In this document: one piece after another, positions 8,602-17,558 of the stretch
Layout: each line of letters opens with the position of its first letter
Position numbering within the stretch: position 1 is the stretch's first letter
IMG/VR virus record: IMGVR_UViG_3300042868_001656
Coordinates: 1-32,658 of that record
Direction: 5' to 3' (one strand)
Origin: a virus
Lineage: Duplodnaviria; Caudoviricetes
Length of the DNA: 32,658 nt
Position numbers and translations under genes: made by a program
Notes under the pieces: model-generated
Databases searched by the model: none
The model's input: only the letters and a program-made list of their open reading frames with translations
Told to the model about the DNA's origin: nothing

Positions 8602-8865
8602 TTAGCGGTCTTGGGAATTAATTTCTAGATCCATCAACACTTTGATACTGACAACCATTTTCACAGGTATGTGCAGAACGTGGTCGATTGCGTCTTCGTT
8701 GCGTGACTGGTAGATGGTGACGTGGTCAGGTTTACCGCCATCGGATGTGGCGAGCAGGAAGCCGACTGTTTGGACGACTGCTGGGTCGAGGTCTAGGTCT
8801 TTGATATTGACCCATGATTCGGATCCGCTGTGCGCATCATGCCAGGTGACGAGTACTGCGGTCAC
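8602..8865 (-). CDS. Hypothetical phage protein
   Basis: 'VLVTWHDAH...W...QTVGFL...IPVKMV'; GTGA overlap. Confidence 0.75.
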   Translation of the reverse strand: MTAVLVTWHDAHSGSESWVNIKDLDLDPAVVQTVGFLLATSDGGKPDHVTIYQSRNEDAIDHVLHIPVKMVVSIKVLMDLEINSQDR

Positions 8866-9122
8866 TTCTTCTTGCGTGTCGCAACCTGCTTCGTCTTTGT
8901 AAGACTTCCGCTCGGCTCCTTGGTTACATGCCAGTCGAGGTGACTGGTAAGTTTTGCGCCTTGTTTTGCGACCATGTCGATCAGGTTGTCTAGTCGCTTT
9001 TGCACGATGGCGTGATCATTTCGGTTCTCTGTGGCGAGGTTCTTCATTTGGATGATGGCGACGATGATTCCGCCGAGTGCTGCGACTACTGCTGCGAAGA
9101 CGGCTGCAAGTCCGGCATCCAT
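8862..9122 (-). CDS. Membrane-anchored protein of the lysis cassette
   Basis: N-terminal TM 'AGLAAVFAAVVAALGGIIVAII', coiled coil, 'HLDWH'; start 1 nt after the endolysin stop. Confidence 0.75.
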   Translation of the reverse strand: MDAGLAAVFAAVVAALGGIIVAIIQMKNLATENRNDHAIVQKRLDNLIDMVAKQGAKLTSHLDWHVTKEPSGSLTKTKQVATRKKK

Positions 9123-9123
9123 G

Positions 9124-9675
9124 TCACACAGCCTTCTTGCGGTCAAGCCATGCTTGTACGGCTGGTGGCACGTTATCACCGGCTGTATAGCGCAAATGCC
9201 AGGGTTCCTCGGGAACCACTTCGAAACTAAATCCGAAGTCAACAACATTGGCGAGCATCCATTCGAATCGTTTACCTGACGCTGACCAGATGTCGACTGC
9301 GATACCGAGATTGTGTTGAGATGTGCCAGGCGCAGCGAGTGAAGCCAATGTCGGTGACTTCTTGTACCACTTCACACCTTCCCAAGTGCGGGTTTGCGCA
9401 CCAGCGATCGGTTGCTTCTGGTATCGCTGAAGGAACACTGTGGTTTGCATTGCGAGTGATCGGTAGGTGTCGCCTGCCGAGGTTGGTTTGAATGGTTTGA
9501 TTCCGTCGGCTAACGCTTTGTCGCGCATCGCATGATATGCGTCGGCTGCCCGCCAATGAAGTTTGCCTTCAGGTTGAACATCACGCAACAGATGCGCAGG
9601 TACCTCGCCAGGCTTCACGCCTTTGAGATCCGCCGGCAAAGTGACCTTGACGATCGGCCAGTTCTTTGCGTTCAT
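9124..9675 (-). CDS. Endolysin, peptidase M15/VanY-like
   Basis: 'YRSLAMQ', 'AAPGTSQHNLGIAVDI', 'EEPWHLRY' zinc-peptidase motifs. Confidence 0.9.
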   Translation of the reverse strand: MNAKNWPIVKVTLPADLKGVKPGEVPAHLLRDVQPEGKLHWRAADAYHAMRDKALADGIKPFKPTSAGDTYRSLAMQTTVFLQRYQKQPIAGAQTRTWEGVKWYKKSPTLASLAAPGTSQHNLGIAVDIWSASGKRFEWMLANVVDFGFSFEVVPEEPWHLRYTAGDNVPPAVQAWLDRKKAV

Positions 9676-9941
9676 TTCTTCTTCTTCGCGCCTGAGAATG
9701 CTTCTTTGATTTCTTCGGACGACAGTTCACCATCGACGGATGCTTCGGCGAGTGCGGACACAACTTTGATAACAGCCATCGCACCAGCCATGATCGCAGC
9801 CTTACCAACCGAGATACCGATGACGGCACCTGTGGTGATTGCTGGTAGTGCGTTGGCGAGGAACAGTGAGATGAGTCTTTGTCCGAGGTCAAGAAACTTG
9901 GCGACTGTTGCGTTCTGTTTAATGTTCATGCTCTGTTCCAT
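9672..9941 (-). CDS. Putative holin
   Basis: Hydrophobic helices, charged C-terminus, adjacent to the endolysin; two Met starts (MEQSM). Confidence 0.7.
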   Translation of the reverse strand: MEQSMNIKQNATVAKFLDLGQRLISLFLANALPAITTGAVIGISVGKAAIMAGAMAVIKVVSALAEASVDGELSSEEIKEAFSGAKKKK

Positions 9942-10110
9942 TTTCTTCTCCTTTGTCGGTTAATACTCCTGCCAAGTGTAGTGCGAGTGACATGAACGTG
10001 AATATCAATGCCCATGTTTGCAGGCTTCCAGACAGGGTCATGATGGTGATCGCGGACGCGCCAAGGGTAAACCCTAAGGCGAATATCTCTTTGCGTAATT
10101 TGGCGAACAT
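9919..10110 (-). CDS. Small membrane protein with two predicted TM segments
   Basis: Two hydrophobic segments; starts 1 nt after the upstream stop. Confidence 0.75.
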   Translation of the reverse strand: MFAKLRKEIFALGFTLGASAITIMTLSGSLQTWALIFTFMSLALHLAGVLTDKGEENGTEHEH

Positions 10111-10111
10111 T

Positions 10112-11605
10112 CTAATTTTCTCTTCTGCGCAGGCTTGCTCCTACCGCCACAAGTGTATTTGATACGGCGACCAAAGTTCTACGCTCGCCAACAGGTATGG
10201 TCTGCCCGACCATCTGGAACGAGTCGAAGACGCCTGCGAACACATTGATTGTGTCTTGGAATGCTTTCTTGACTTTCGTTGGTGCTTCGTTCAGGACTGC
10301 GACAAGTTCGTCGGCTTGCTCGACTGTGATTTCTTCTACGACTAGTTCTTCGAATATCTGTTCGGCTTGGTCTTGGGTTATCGCCGCCAACACCTCAGGA
10401 GTTGACGCGATGCTGACCGCCTGGTCGGAAGATAGTGCGGTTGTCAAGATCTGCTCGATGGCTGCGACCACTTGTGCCGGTGACGCATCCTTCAATTCGT
10501 CCAGCACTTCGGCGACCTTCTCGTCTGTGATCGGTTGTTCAGGCTCGATGTCAAGTAGCGTGGTGGTTGATGAGATCTCTGTTGTTGGTGTTGTCGTTTG
10601 TGGGATATTTGTTTCTTGCGTCGGCTCTGATGTTGGCACACTTGTTTCGTCGGGCAGAATTAGAGGCGGAACAGAAGAAGTCAGATCAGTTGTATTGGGA
10701 AGAGGTAAGGAAGGATCGGTTGTAGATGTTTCGAGAATCGTGGTGGATGTTGTGGTTTCGGGTTCAGGCAAGGAAGTTGTGGTGGTTGTATCAGGAACTG
10801 ATTCGACGACTGGTGCGCTAGTCGTCGTGGTTTGAGGAGGAGTGTATGGTGCTTGCGTTGTTGACGGAGCTGGTGCAGTTGTTGTGGTCGGCGGTGTCGT
10901 GGTATTTGTCGTTGATGTGGTTGTGTCTAACTGAGTTGTGGTCGTGGTGCTGGGAAGGATTGTTGTAGATGTCGAAGTTGTCGAAGAAGAAGTTGAGGTC
11001 GTGGTCGTGGTTTCTTCAACTGTCGTTGATGTGGTTGGTGTACTTGATGTGGTTGATGGCATTGTTGTCGAGGTGACAGCAGCATGAGTTGTGAACGCTT
11101 CGTCCGGCACGATCGACCAGTCGCCGTTATCTATTTTCCATGCAAGCATTAGGCAGGTTCCTCCGCCGTTCTCGTACATGAAGAGTTGAAGCGGGACACT
11201 GCCAGACTCAATGTCAAGATTGCCTGACATGGTCCATGTGCAGCCTTGGTCATACCAAACACCGAACATCTCATCACCGATAGTTATCTCGCCACCGTCA
11301 TCGGACGCGATCATGAACTCGATGGTTTGATGTTCAGGAATAGTGATGTAGCCAGTCATGTGAACCATGAACAAGTCATAGGTGCAGTCTTCGAATAGTT
11401 CATAGTCATAGTTGCGGTTGATGTTGTTCTCTATCTCCGAACCACAAACAAGATATTCGGATGTCGACTGAACTGGCGGTATCTCGTCAATCGTGTAGTA
11501 GGTCGTGTTCAAACCTGGCTGAACTTCGGCTCGAACCGTAGTCGGCCAGAACGCGAACAGGATTGCTGGTAGCGGTATAAGCCACTTAGTTAGATGGCGA
11601 CCCAC
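10112..11605 (-). CDS. Secreted PA14-like domain protein with a mucin-like Ser/Thr/Pro stalk
   Basis: Signal peptide ending 'TVRA'; 'PGLNTTYY...GYITIPE...SDDGG' PA14-like motifs; long T/S/P tract; acidic helical C-terminal domain. Confidence 0.8.
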   Translation of the reverse strand: MGRHLTKWLIPLPAILFAFWPTTVRAEVQPGLNTTYYTIDEIPPVQSTSEYLVCGSEIENNINRNYDYELFEDCTYDLFMVHMTGYITIPEHQTIEFMIASDDGGEITIGDEMFGVWYDQGCTWTMSGNLDIESGSVPLQLFMYENGGGTCLMLAWKIDNGDWSIVPDEAFTTHAAVTSTTMPSTTSSTPTTSTTVEETTTTTSTSSSTTSTSTTILPSTTTTTQLDTTTSTTNTTTPPTTTTAPAPSTTQAPYTPPQTTTTSAPVVESVPDTTTTTSLPEPETTTSTTILETSTTDPSLPLPNTTDLTSSVPPLILPDETSVPTSEPTQETNIPQTTTPTTEISSTTTLLDIEPEQPITDEKVAEVLDELKDASPAQVVAAIEQILTTALSSDQAVSIASTPEVLAAITQDQAEQIFEELVVEEITVEQADELVAVLNEAPTKVKKAFQDTINVFAGVFDSFQMVGQTIPVGERRTLVAVSNTLVAVGASLRRREN

Positions 11606-11608
11606 ACT

Positions 11609-11827
11609 TTAAGGCTCGATTGGCGGTGGTGGTGGTGGCGTAAAATCTTGTGTGTCGTAGTCGTATGTGTAACCTACGCCCGCGTATGTGTGCGTGTTGT
11701 CAATGAATGTTTCAACCCAAGTACCTGTGTAGCGTTCAGGGTTTGCTTCCAAAAACTCTTGCTGAACCACATGAACATTGGTAACAATGTTGTTGTCATC
11801 AATTTGTGCGAAGTATTGTGCGCTCAC
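11609..11827 (-). CDS. Tail fibre-associated small protein
   Basis: 'YFAQIDDNNIVTNVHVV...YAGVGYTYD...FTPP'; follows the Gly-rich fibre. Confidence 0.75.
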   Translation of the reverse strand: MSAQYFAQIDDNNIVTNVHVVQQEFLEANPERYTGTWVETFIDNTHTYAGVGYTYDYDTQDFTPPPPPPIEP

Positions 11828-12861
11828 GATGTCTTCACCCGAATGTACACGATCCCGCTGCCACCTGCGCCACCTGCTGCGCCTGCTCCACCGCCGCCGC
11901 CTGAGGCTGTGTTTGCTGCTGCTGCTGTGCCACCAGATGAACCAGCACCACCAGCACCACCAACGGAAGAACCGCCAGCGCCAGCGCTACCGTTTTTGCT
12001 ACCGCCACCACCGCCGCCGCCTTTGAATAGTGCTGAACCACCAATGAAAGCGCTGACATCGTAGCCTGCGCCACCTGCGCCAGCAGTTGTACTACTACCG
12101 TTTGCACCAACTGCTGCTACGCCACCGCCACCGCCAGCACCATTACCGTTACCACCGCCAGCAACACCATTACCACCCGCATAACCGTTAATGCCAGCGT
12201 TAGTTGCTGCGCCACCAACAATTGCGTTTGCATCATTTGTCCCTGTGCCTCCACCGCCGCAAGCGCCACTTAAGTTTTGATAAAGACCAAATGTTGGACC
12301 AGTTCCACCGCCACCAGCACTAAAACTTCGAGCAGCAGAAGTCAAATTAGAACCTAAACCGATCGTATTTGACGCACCACCAGCACCAATATCGATAGCT
12401 GCTGTTCCAACTTCAAGATACAAAGTTGCCTGAATAACACCGCCAGCTCCGCCGCCACCACCTGAGTCTGTTCCAGCACGACCACTTGAACCGCCGCCAC
12501 CGCCACCAAACATCAAGACATCTATCAGCCCAGCTGTGGTGCAAACCAAATTGGCATCTGCAGTGAAGGTATGAATGTTGTATGTTGAACCACCGATCGC
12601 AGTTCCTAACGCCGTGGACGCACCACCAGAGATTGATGCGTAGGTTGCACCACCAACACTCGCCCACGCTGAACCATTGAACACTTGCAAACCTGTAGCA
12701 GTTGAATAGGCGACCATTCCTGTTGATGGTGATGGTACTGCGGATGATCGTGCTGCTGTGCCGGCGTAAACCTGTACGGCTTGATCCATCAAGTACGTCT
12801 GTACGTTGGTAGAAGTTAATACTTCGCCCGATTGGAATGTTCTATACCCTGCGCCAGCCAT
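11824..12861 (-). CDS. Glycine-rich tail fibre / minor tail protein
   Basis: 'HTFT', 'GGGGAGG' repeats, C-terminal 'GGSGIVYIR'. Confidence 0.85.
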   Translation of the reverse strand: MAGAGYRTFQSGEVLTSTNVQTYLMDQAVQVYAGTAARSSAVPSPSTGMVAYSTATGLQVFNGSAWASVGGATYASISGGASTALGTAIGGSTYNIHTFTADANLVCTTAGLIDVLMFGGGGGGSSGRAGTDSGGGGGAGGVIQATLYLEVGTAAIDIGAGGASNTIGLGSNLTSAARSFSAGGGGTGPTFGLYQNLSGACGGGGTGTNDANAIVGGAATNAGINGYAGGNGVAGGGNGNGAGGGGGVAAVGANGSSTTAGAGGAGYDVSAFIGGSALFKGGGGGGGSKNGSAGAGGSSVGGAGGAGSSGGTAAAANTASGGGGGAGAAGGAGGSGIVYIRVKTS

Positions 12862-12863
12862 GT

Positions 12864-13073
12864 CTATACATTAACCCATGTCGAGCCGTTAAAAACTTGC
12901 AAACCTGTAGCAGTCGAATATGCAACCATTCCTGCCGATGGTGATGGTATTGCGGATGATCGTGCTGCGGTGCCTGCAAATACTTTAACCATCTGATCCA
13001 TGAGATATGTCTGAACATTGGTCGAAGTCAGGACTTCTCCAGATGCGAATGTTCGGTATCCTGCGCCTGCCAT
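12864..13073 (-). CDS. Stand-alone copy of the tail fibre N-terminal anchor domain (69 aa)
   Basis: 59/66 aa identical to the N-terminus of 11824..12861; RBS AGGAG. Confidence 0.8.
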   Translation of the reverse strand: MAGAGYRTFASGEVLTSTNVQTYLMDQMVKVFAGTAARSSAIPSPSAGMVAYSTATGLQVFNGSTWVNV

Positions 13074-13080
13074 AGTTCTC

Positions 13081-14325
13081 CTATTGTAATCCAACATCGA
13101 CATCGTCGAGTTGGTCTTGGTCGAGTATGAATGCGGTCAAGAGTTGTGCTTGTCCTAGCCCGAATCTTATCCGATGGTCGGAGGTGGTGATGTCGTGGTT
13201 GACGGATTCGATGAACACCGAGTCGGTGCGGGTTAACGGTAAGCCAGTTGTGTAAGTTTTGGTGACTTGGATTACATCGCCGACATCGAGTGCCAACACG
13301 GTTGGCCAGAGTGCCGAACCGCAAGCGTTCAAGCTGGTTGAGATTTCGTTGAATCGGATGATTGGTTCTTTGTATTTGTCGAGCAGGTTCTGTGCCAAGG
13401 TTGCACCTGCCGCCAAATTGTTTAGAGGCACATTCGAGAACGACAAAGTTTGCACACCATACTTGCCTTGGCTTGTCGAGTCTGAGACAACTTGTGCCGC
13501 GGTGCCACCATCAACATCCACCTGCACACGGTTGAACAATGTTTCTTGACCGTATGCGACACCGATAGACAAGATCGGTATCTGGTTTGTGGCTGTACCA
13601 CCGAATGATGCGATGGCGGTAGAGAACGTGAAATCTATTCTCGGATCGAACACAATCTGGTTTCTTCGATTTGCGAAGAGCCTGCCATCTTCCGCGACTG
13701 CGACCGCCTGCAACGCCGTCAAAGTGTTTGTGTTGTCCGCATAGGCGACGGTTCCGCATGTTGCGACACCTGTGGCGATGTCACGCAACGCCGTCGAGTA
13801 GGCGACCTCTGTACGGTCCAAGATCGCAGACACTCGTGCCGAAGTCAACTGTGATGATGGTGTGAACGCAGTCAGGCTGGTTCGGCTCAACTCATAGAGT
13901 CCGTCGGCTGCGATGATGGATGCGAACGACAGGTTCGGCATCTCGTAGGTGATGTCGAGGTCTGTGATTGCTCCGACGAACAGTTCGGCTGTGCCGGCAA
14001 GAACCTTGATCGCACGTCTCGGAGCCAGGTCGAAGTCGCCCGCGTACCAAGTTGATGCGGTGTTCGCTGGGTCGAAGAGTCTGCCTGATGCGCGGTCGTC
14101 AGCCAAGATACGACAAGTGCCTGGTTGGAATTGTTCTGTTTGTGCGCCACGGCCACGCTGAACCGACACGGCGAGAATGTATTCGGTTGCATCCACGAAA
14201 TCGGTTGAACCATTCAACACATCCGTACCATCAAGAGTTGACGAGTCGAGTGTGAATGCGTCGGTGACAGCACCGACATCCAACAGAACCGAATACGCTT
14301 GACCCCACTTAAGTGTCTTAGGCAT
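13081..14325 (-). CDS. Minor tail (tail tip/hub) protein
   Basis: Directly after the tape measure gene; beta-rich; 'VSVQRGR', 'EDGRLFANR', 'LDVGDVIQV'. Confidence 0.8.
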   Translation of the reverse strand: MPKTLKWGQAYSVLLDVGAVTDAFTLDSSTLDGTDVLNGSTDFVDATEYILAVSVQRGRGAQTEQFQPGTCRILADDRASGRLFDPANTASTWYAGDFDLAPRRAIKVLAGTAELFVGAITDLDITYEMPNLSFASIIAADGLYELSRTSLTAFTPSSQLTSARVSAILDRTEVAYSTALRDIATGVATCGTVAYADNTNTLTALQAVAVAEDGRLFANRRNQIVFDPRIDFTFSTAIASFGGTATNQIPILSIGVAYGQETLFNRVQVDVDGGTAAQVVSDSTSQGKYGVQTLSFSNVPLNNLAAGATLAQNLLDKYKEPIIRFNEISTSLNACGSALWPTVLALDVGDVIQVTKTYTTGLPLTRTDSVFIESVNHDITTSDHRIRFGLGQAQLLTAFILDQDQLDDVDVGLQ

Positions 14326-14327
14326 AA

Positions 14328-16418
14328 CTACGCAACCGCAAACTCTAAGAAGTTCCCACCAGCGATCCGACTATATTGCTGCAACACCTCAACAATTTGA
14401 CGCCCAGCCTCAACACCATTCGTGCCGATACCCGTGTTGATATTGATGTTCGTACCTGCGCCACCTGTGGCAGATGTTCCGCCACCAGCAGCCATGCCAG
14501 GTGTTGGAACAGTCGGCAATGAAGGGATGGTTAGATTGCGGTTCGGCATAGTTGCAGCAGCCTCAGCCACCTTTCTAATTGCCTCAGCAAGATTCTCGTA
14601 GGCTTCAGTCTCACGCTCGACAGCATCAGTCAAACGATCCGAGGCTTCCTTCTCTTTGACTTTTGCATCATTGACCGCGTCAAGAAGTTTGTTGTAGGTA
14701 TCCGAACCGATGATCGCACCGCTCACCGCTTCGTTCAAAACAAGTTGTGCGTCTTTCAGTTTGTTTGTTGCATCAAACTCCGAGTCACTTGCATCAGCAA
14801 CAGCCAACTTCGCTTGCGCCAAATCAATCTCAGCCTGGCGGATAGCCTGCGCACTTGATTGAGGGTCGGCGCGAAGTTCGGCAAGTGCCTTCTCAGCATC
14901 AGCGACAGCGAACACCGCTTCTTCGACACGGAATCCAGCCTGTGCCACATTGCGTTGAGCCGCCGACAGTTCTCGCTGAGCCTTCTTAGCCTGATCCGAA
15001 TCAGCACCGAACCCATTGACCGCATCGTTTAATGCCTTCTGTTTGGCGGCAACATCATCTTGCGCGGCTTTCAAATTATCGGCAGCCTGCGCACTACCCT
15101 TCTGCGCATTGTTGAACGCCTTCTGTGCAGATGTCGAAGACTTCAACGCATCTGTGTACTTCTCAAACTTCTGTTTGGCTGTCTCAACCGTCTTGGCTGC
15201 GCCACCTGTTTTCTTGTCAAGATCTGACAGCGATGTTGACCAGTCATCGGTTGATTCTTTGGCTTTCGGTAGAACTTTGGTTCCTAGTCTGTCGGTCTGG
15301 TCAATCAATGGTGAGATCTTGTTGCCGGACAGATTCAATGCTGCGGTCGTGTTAAGAATTGATAATCGCAATTTGTCGAAGCGATCTGTGACTGCTTCGG
15401 TTCGGTCAATGAGCATCTGTTCAACTGTGATGATTCCGTCGCCACCTGTGACAGCCGAACCGATCGCTCGAAGAATGTCTATGAACGCGAACCCTGGTTT
15501 GAAGAAGTTGACGATCGCTTGTTCAAACTCGATCACCGAAAGAATCATTCTTTCGATTGCGTCAATGACTATGAACGATGCTGGACCCATTGCGGCGGCA
15601 AAGTATTTGACCGCACCAGCCAAACCTTCATCTTTGAACCCGTCAACCGCAGCTTTCAACGCTGGGATGATTCGCTTCTGTAAGAACTCCACGATCTTCT
15701 CGAATGCTGGTAGCAGTAGGAAGCCGATTGTTTCTACTACTTCGCCGAATGATGTGCGGAGTATCTTTACTCGTCCAGCGAATGTGTCGGCTGCGGTTGC
15801 GGCAGCACCACCGAACTGTGTTTCGAGTTGACCGAGAACAGTACCGAAATCTTTAGTTTTCTTTGCACCTTCATCAAGTGGTATGCCGAGTCGAGTGAGC
15901 GCACCGATCTGACCATTCGCCGCACGACCGAGACCTAATGTCACAGACTCCAGGTCGCGAGAAGTAGCGGCGCTGATATCTAATGCAAGATTGAACAGAC
16001 GCTGAGATTTTTCTAGATCGCCTGTTGCTCTGACAAGATTGCCGAACGCCGGACGCAACTCATCGTCGGCGATACCTGTCGCCAACATCGCCTTCTCAAT
16101 GAACGCTTCGGTTGCTTGAACCTGTGCTTGTGTTGCAGCAGCCGAACGAATCAACTGTGCTTCAAGACTTTTCTGTGATGCTTCGTCGGCTGCCGCTGCC
16201 GCAACCGCAGCCGCTGCCGCACCACCAACTGCGGTCAACGCACCGAGCGCAACAAACGCACCCTTCTTTACAAAATCAAATGCTTTTCCAAGTCCGGCAC
16301 CGATCGACTGCACCTTCTCGATTGATTGCTGTCCTTCGCGGGCAAGATTCTTGAACGCCGTGATAGCACTGTCGGCGTTGCCGAGAATCTTTACAATGAA
16401 TGTGCGTTCACCTGCCAT
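14328..16418 (-). CDS. Tape measure protein
   Basis: 696 aa, Ala-rich and helical; 'GIADDELRPAF', coiled-coil region; position in the tail module. Confidence 0.9.
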   Translation of the reverse strand: MAGERTFIVKILGNADSAITAFKNLAREGQQSIEKVQSIGAGLGKAFDFVKKGAFVALGALTAVGGAAAAAVAAAAADEASQKSLEAQLIRSAAATQAQVQATEAFIEKAMLATGIADDELRPAFGNLVRATGDLEKSQRLFNLALDISAATSRDLESVTLGLGRAANGQIGALTRLGIPLDEGAKKTKDFGTVLGQLETQFGGAAATAADTFAGRVKILRTSFGEVVETIGFLLLPAFEKIVEFLQKRIIPALKAAVDGFKDEGLAGAVKYFAAAMGPASFIVIDAIERMILSVIEFEQAIVNFFKPGFAFIDILRAIGSAVTGGDGIITVEQMLIDRTEAVTDRFDKLRLSILNTTAALNLSGNKISPLIDQTDRLGTKVLPKAKESTDDWSTSLSDLDKKTGGAAKTVETAKQKFEKYTDALKSSTSAQKAFNNAQKGSAQAADNLKAAQDDVAAKQKALNDAVNGFGADSDQAKKAQRELSAAQRNVAQAGFRVEEAVFAVADAEKALAELRADPQSSAQAIRQAEIDLAQAKLAVADASDSEFDATNKLKDAQLVLNEAVSGAIIGSDTYNKLLDAVNDAKVKEKEASDRLTDAVERETEAYENLAEAIRKVAEAAATMPNRNLTIPSLPTVPTPGMAAGGGTSATGGAGTNININTGIGTNGVEAGRQIVEVLQQYSRIAGGNFLEFAVA

Positions 16419-16434
16419 GGTGAAGCAATTCTAC

Positions 16435-17148
16435 TCAGTTAGCAGCCATCCGTTTACGCAGCTCAGCCCACTCACGTTGCATCTCTCTATGTATCTCTGA
16501 CTGTGTCATGCCTTCATACTCTGACAAATCGATTGGTGCATCCCACCACTTCGGGTCAAGAACACAACGCATCGGATTACCACGACGCGGCTGACGAGTC
16601 GAACGAATGCTTGGTGTAGAGAATGTGCGTGTCGGTGCAGCGATGTCTGTGATGGTTGGATCAAGGAACCGCCAACCTGAATGATGTGTGCGGAACTGCT
16701 GACCTGCCTCGTGCTGTGGCAGGTAAAAAATGCGAGCAGGGTCTTTGGTTGCTGGGTCGCCTTTAAGACGAAGACGCTCATGTGTCTCGTACCAAACTTC
16801 TTCCCAGTTCTGTACCGGCACAGCCTGCTCAAATGGGATGACAACGTGCCAGTGTGGATTGTCTTCACGATGCGACCAGGTTGTGTAGGCGAAGTGTATA
16901 TACGATCCGAGATCAGCTTGCTCGAATGCTTCACCGTCAAGGTCGGCAACCAATGCCCAGATGTGTGACACATTGCGATTGCCACGAGTTGTGTGTTCAC
17001 GGTATGTGACTGGCGAATATAACTTGCCGTCAGACTTCTGTTCGCGTTCTTGATGGTTGCCGAGCATGGTTGCAAACTCCATCCATGATGTGGCGATGGT
17101 CTTTGGGTAGATTGATTTGACCGATGGGAACCCGACGACTTCAAACAT
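16435..17148 (-). CDS. Stand-alone archaeo-eukaryotic primase (AEP)-like catalytic domain protein
   Basis: 'LVADLDG' (DxD), 'AYTTWSH', 'WHVVIPF', 'DPATKDPARIFYLP'; no helicase; ATG at 17148 overlaps the RHH gene end. Confidence 0.75.
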   Translation of the reverse strand: MFEVVGFPSVKSIYPKTIATSWMEFATMLGNHQEREQKSDGKLYSPVTYREHTTRGNRNVSHIWALVADLDGEAFEQADLGSYIHFAYTTWSHREDNPHWHVVIPFEQAVPVQNWEEVWYETHERLRLKGDPATKDPARIFYLPQHEAGQQFRTHHSGWRFLDPTITDIAAPTRTFSTPSIRSTRQPRRGNPMRCVLDPKWWDAPIDLSEYEGMTQSEIHREMQREWAELRKRMAAN

Positions 17149-17281
17149 TGTGCAGACCTGCCTCAATGTATCGGCGAAGTAGTTCGGACGCGGTCACATC
17201 TTCACGCTTGGCTTGACGCTTGATGAGTGTCTTGAGTTCTTGGTTGAGTCGAATGGTGATGGTTGGATATTGATTTGTCAT
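17141..17281 (-). CDS. Ribbon-helix-helix (CopG/Arc-like) regulator (46 aa, MTNQYPTITIRLNQELKTLIKRQAKREDVTASELLRRYIEAGLHNV), not in the ORF track
   Basis: Alternating beta strand 'TITIRL', helix A, 'TASELLRRYI' helix B; TGATG overlap. Confidence 0.85.
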   Translation of the reverse strand: MTNQYPTITIRLNQELKTLIKRQAKREDVTASELLRRYIEAGLHNV

Positions 17282-17463
17282 CACATCACCACGATTGAAT
17301 GAATGATTTCGTTGTCAACAATCAAAAGGTTTGCGTAGTAAACCTTGGTTCCCTTTGGTCGTTGTACTGCTGCAAAGTGTGTCCAGCCTGTTGTGCGCAT
17401 GCTTGGAGTGTGTTCTTTGATTTCAATAACTTTCAATGTTTGGTTCTTGTGTTTGATTTGCAT
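17281..17463 (-). CDS. Hypothetical protein (60 aa)
   Basis: RBS AAGGAGG before the ATG at 17463. Confidence 0.75.
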   Translation of the reverse strand: MQIKHKNQTLKVIEIKEHTPSMRTTGWTHFAAVQRPKGTKVYYANLLIVDNEIIHSIVVM

Positions 17464-17480
17464 GACTACCTCCTTAGGTA

Positions 17481-17517
17481 TGTAAGACAATCTATAGGAA
17501 CTGTAAGACAAATGCAA
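17481..17517 (-). promoter_or_regulatory. Sigma70/SigA-type promoter with overlapping direct-repeat operator
   Basis: TTGCAT-17 bp-TAGATT; TTGTCTTACA twice (17481-17490 and 17502-17511); AT-rich upstream tract. Confidence 0.75.
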
Positions 17518-17558
17518 CTATTTTTGAAAGATTTTTTAAGCCTTATTCTGTAAGGCTT

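Noticed and set aside
12664-13073. Diversity-generating retroelement TR/VR pair
   Set aside because: No reverse transcriptase; differences are not adenine-specific and involve the N-terminal anchor, not the C-terminus
15016-15831. Long + strand ORFs (also 10197..10835, 23628..24146, 28482..29045, 5049..5528)
   Set aside because: Antisense shadows of strong - strand genes; no recognisable domains
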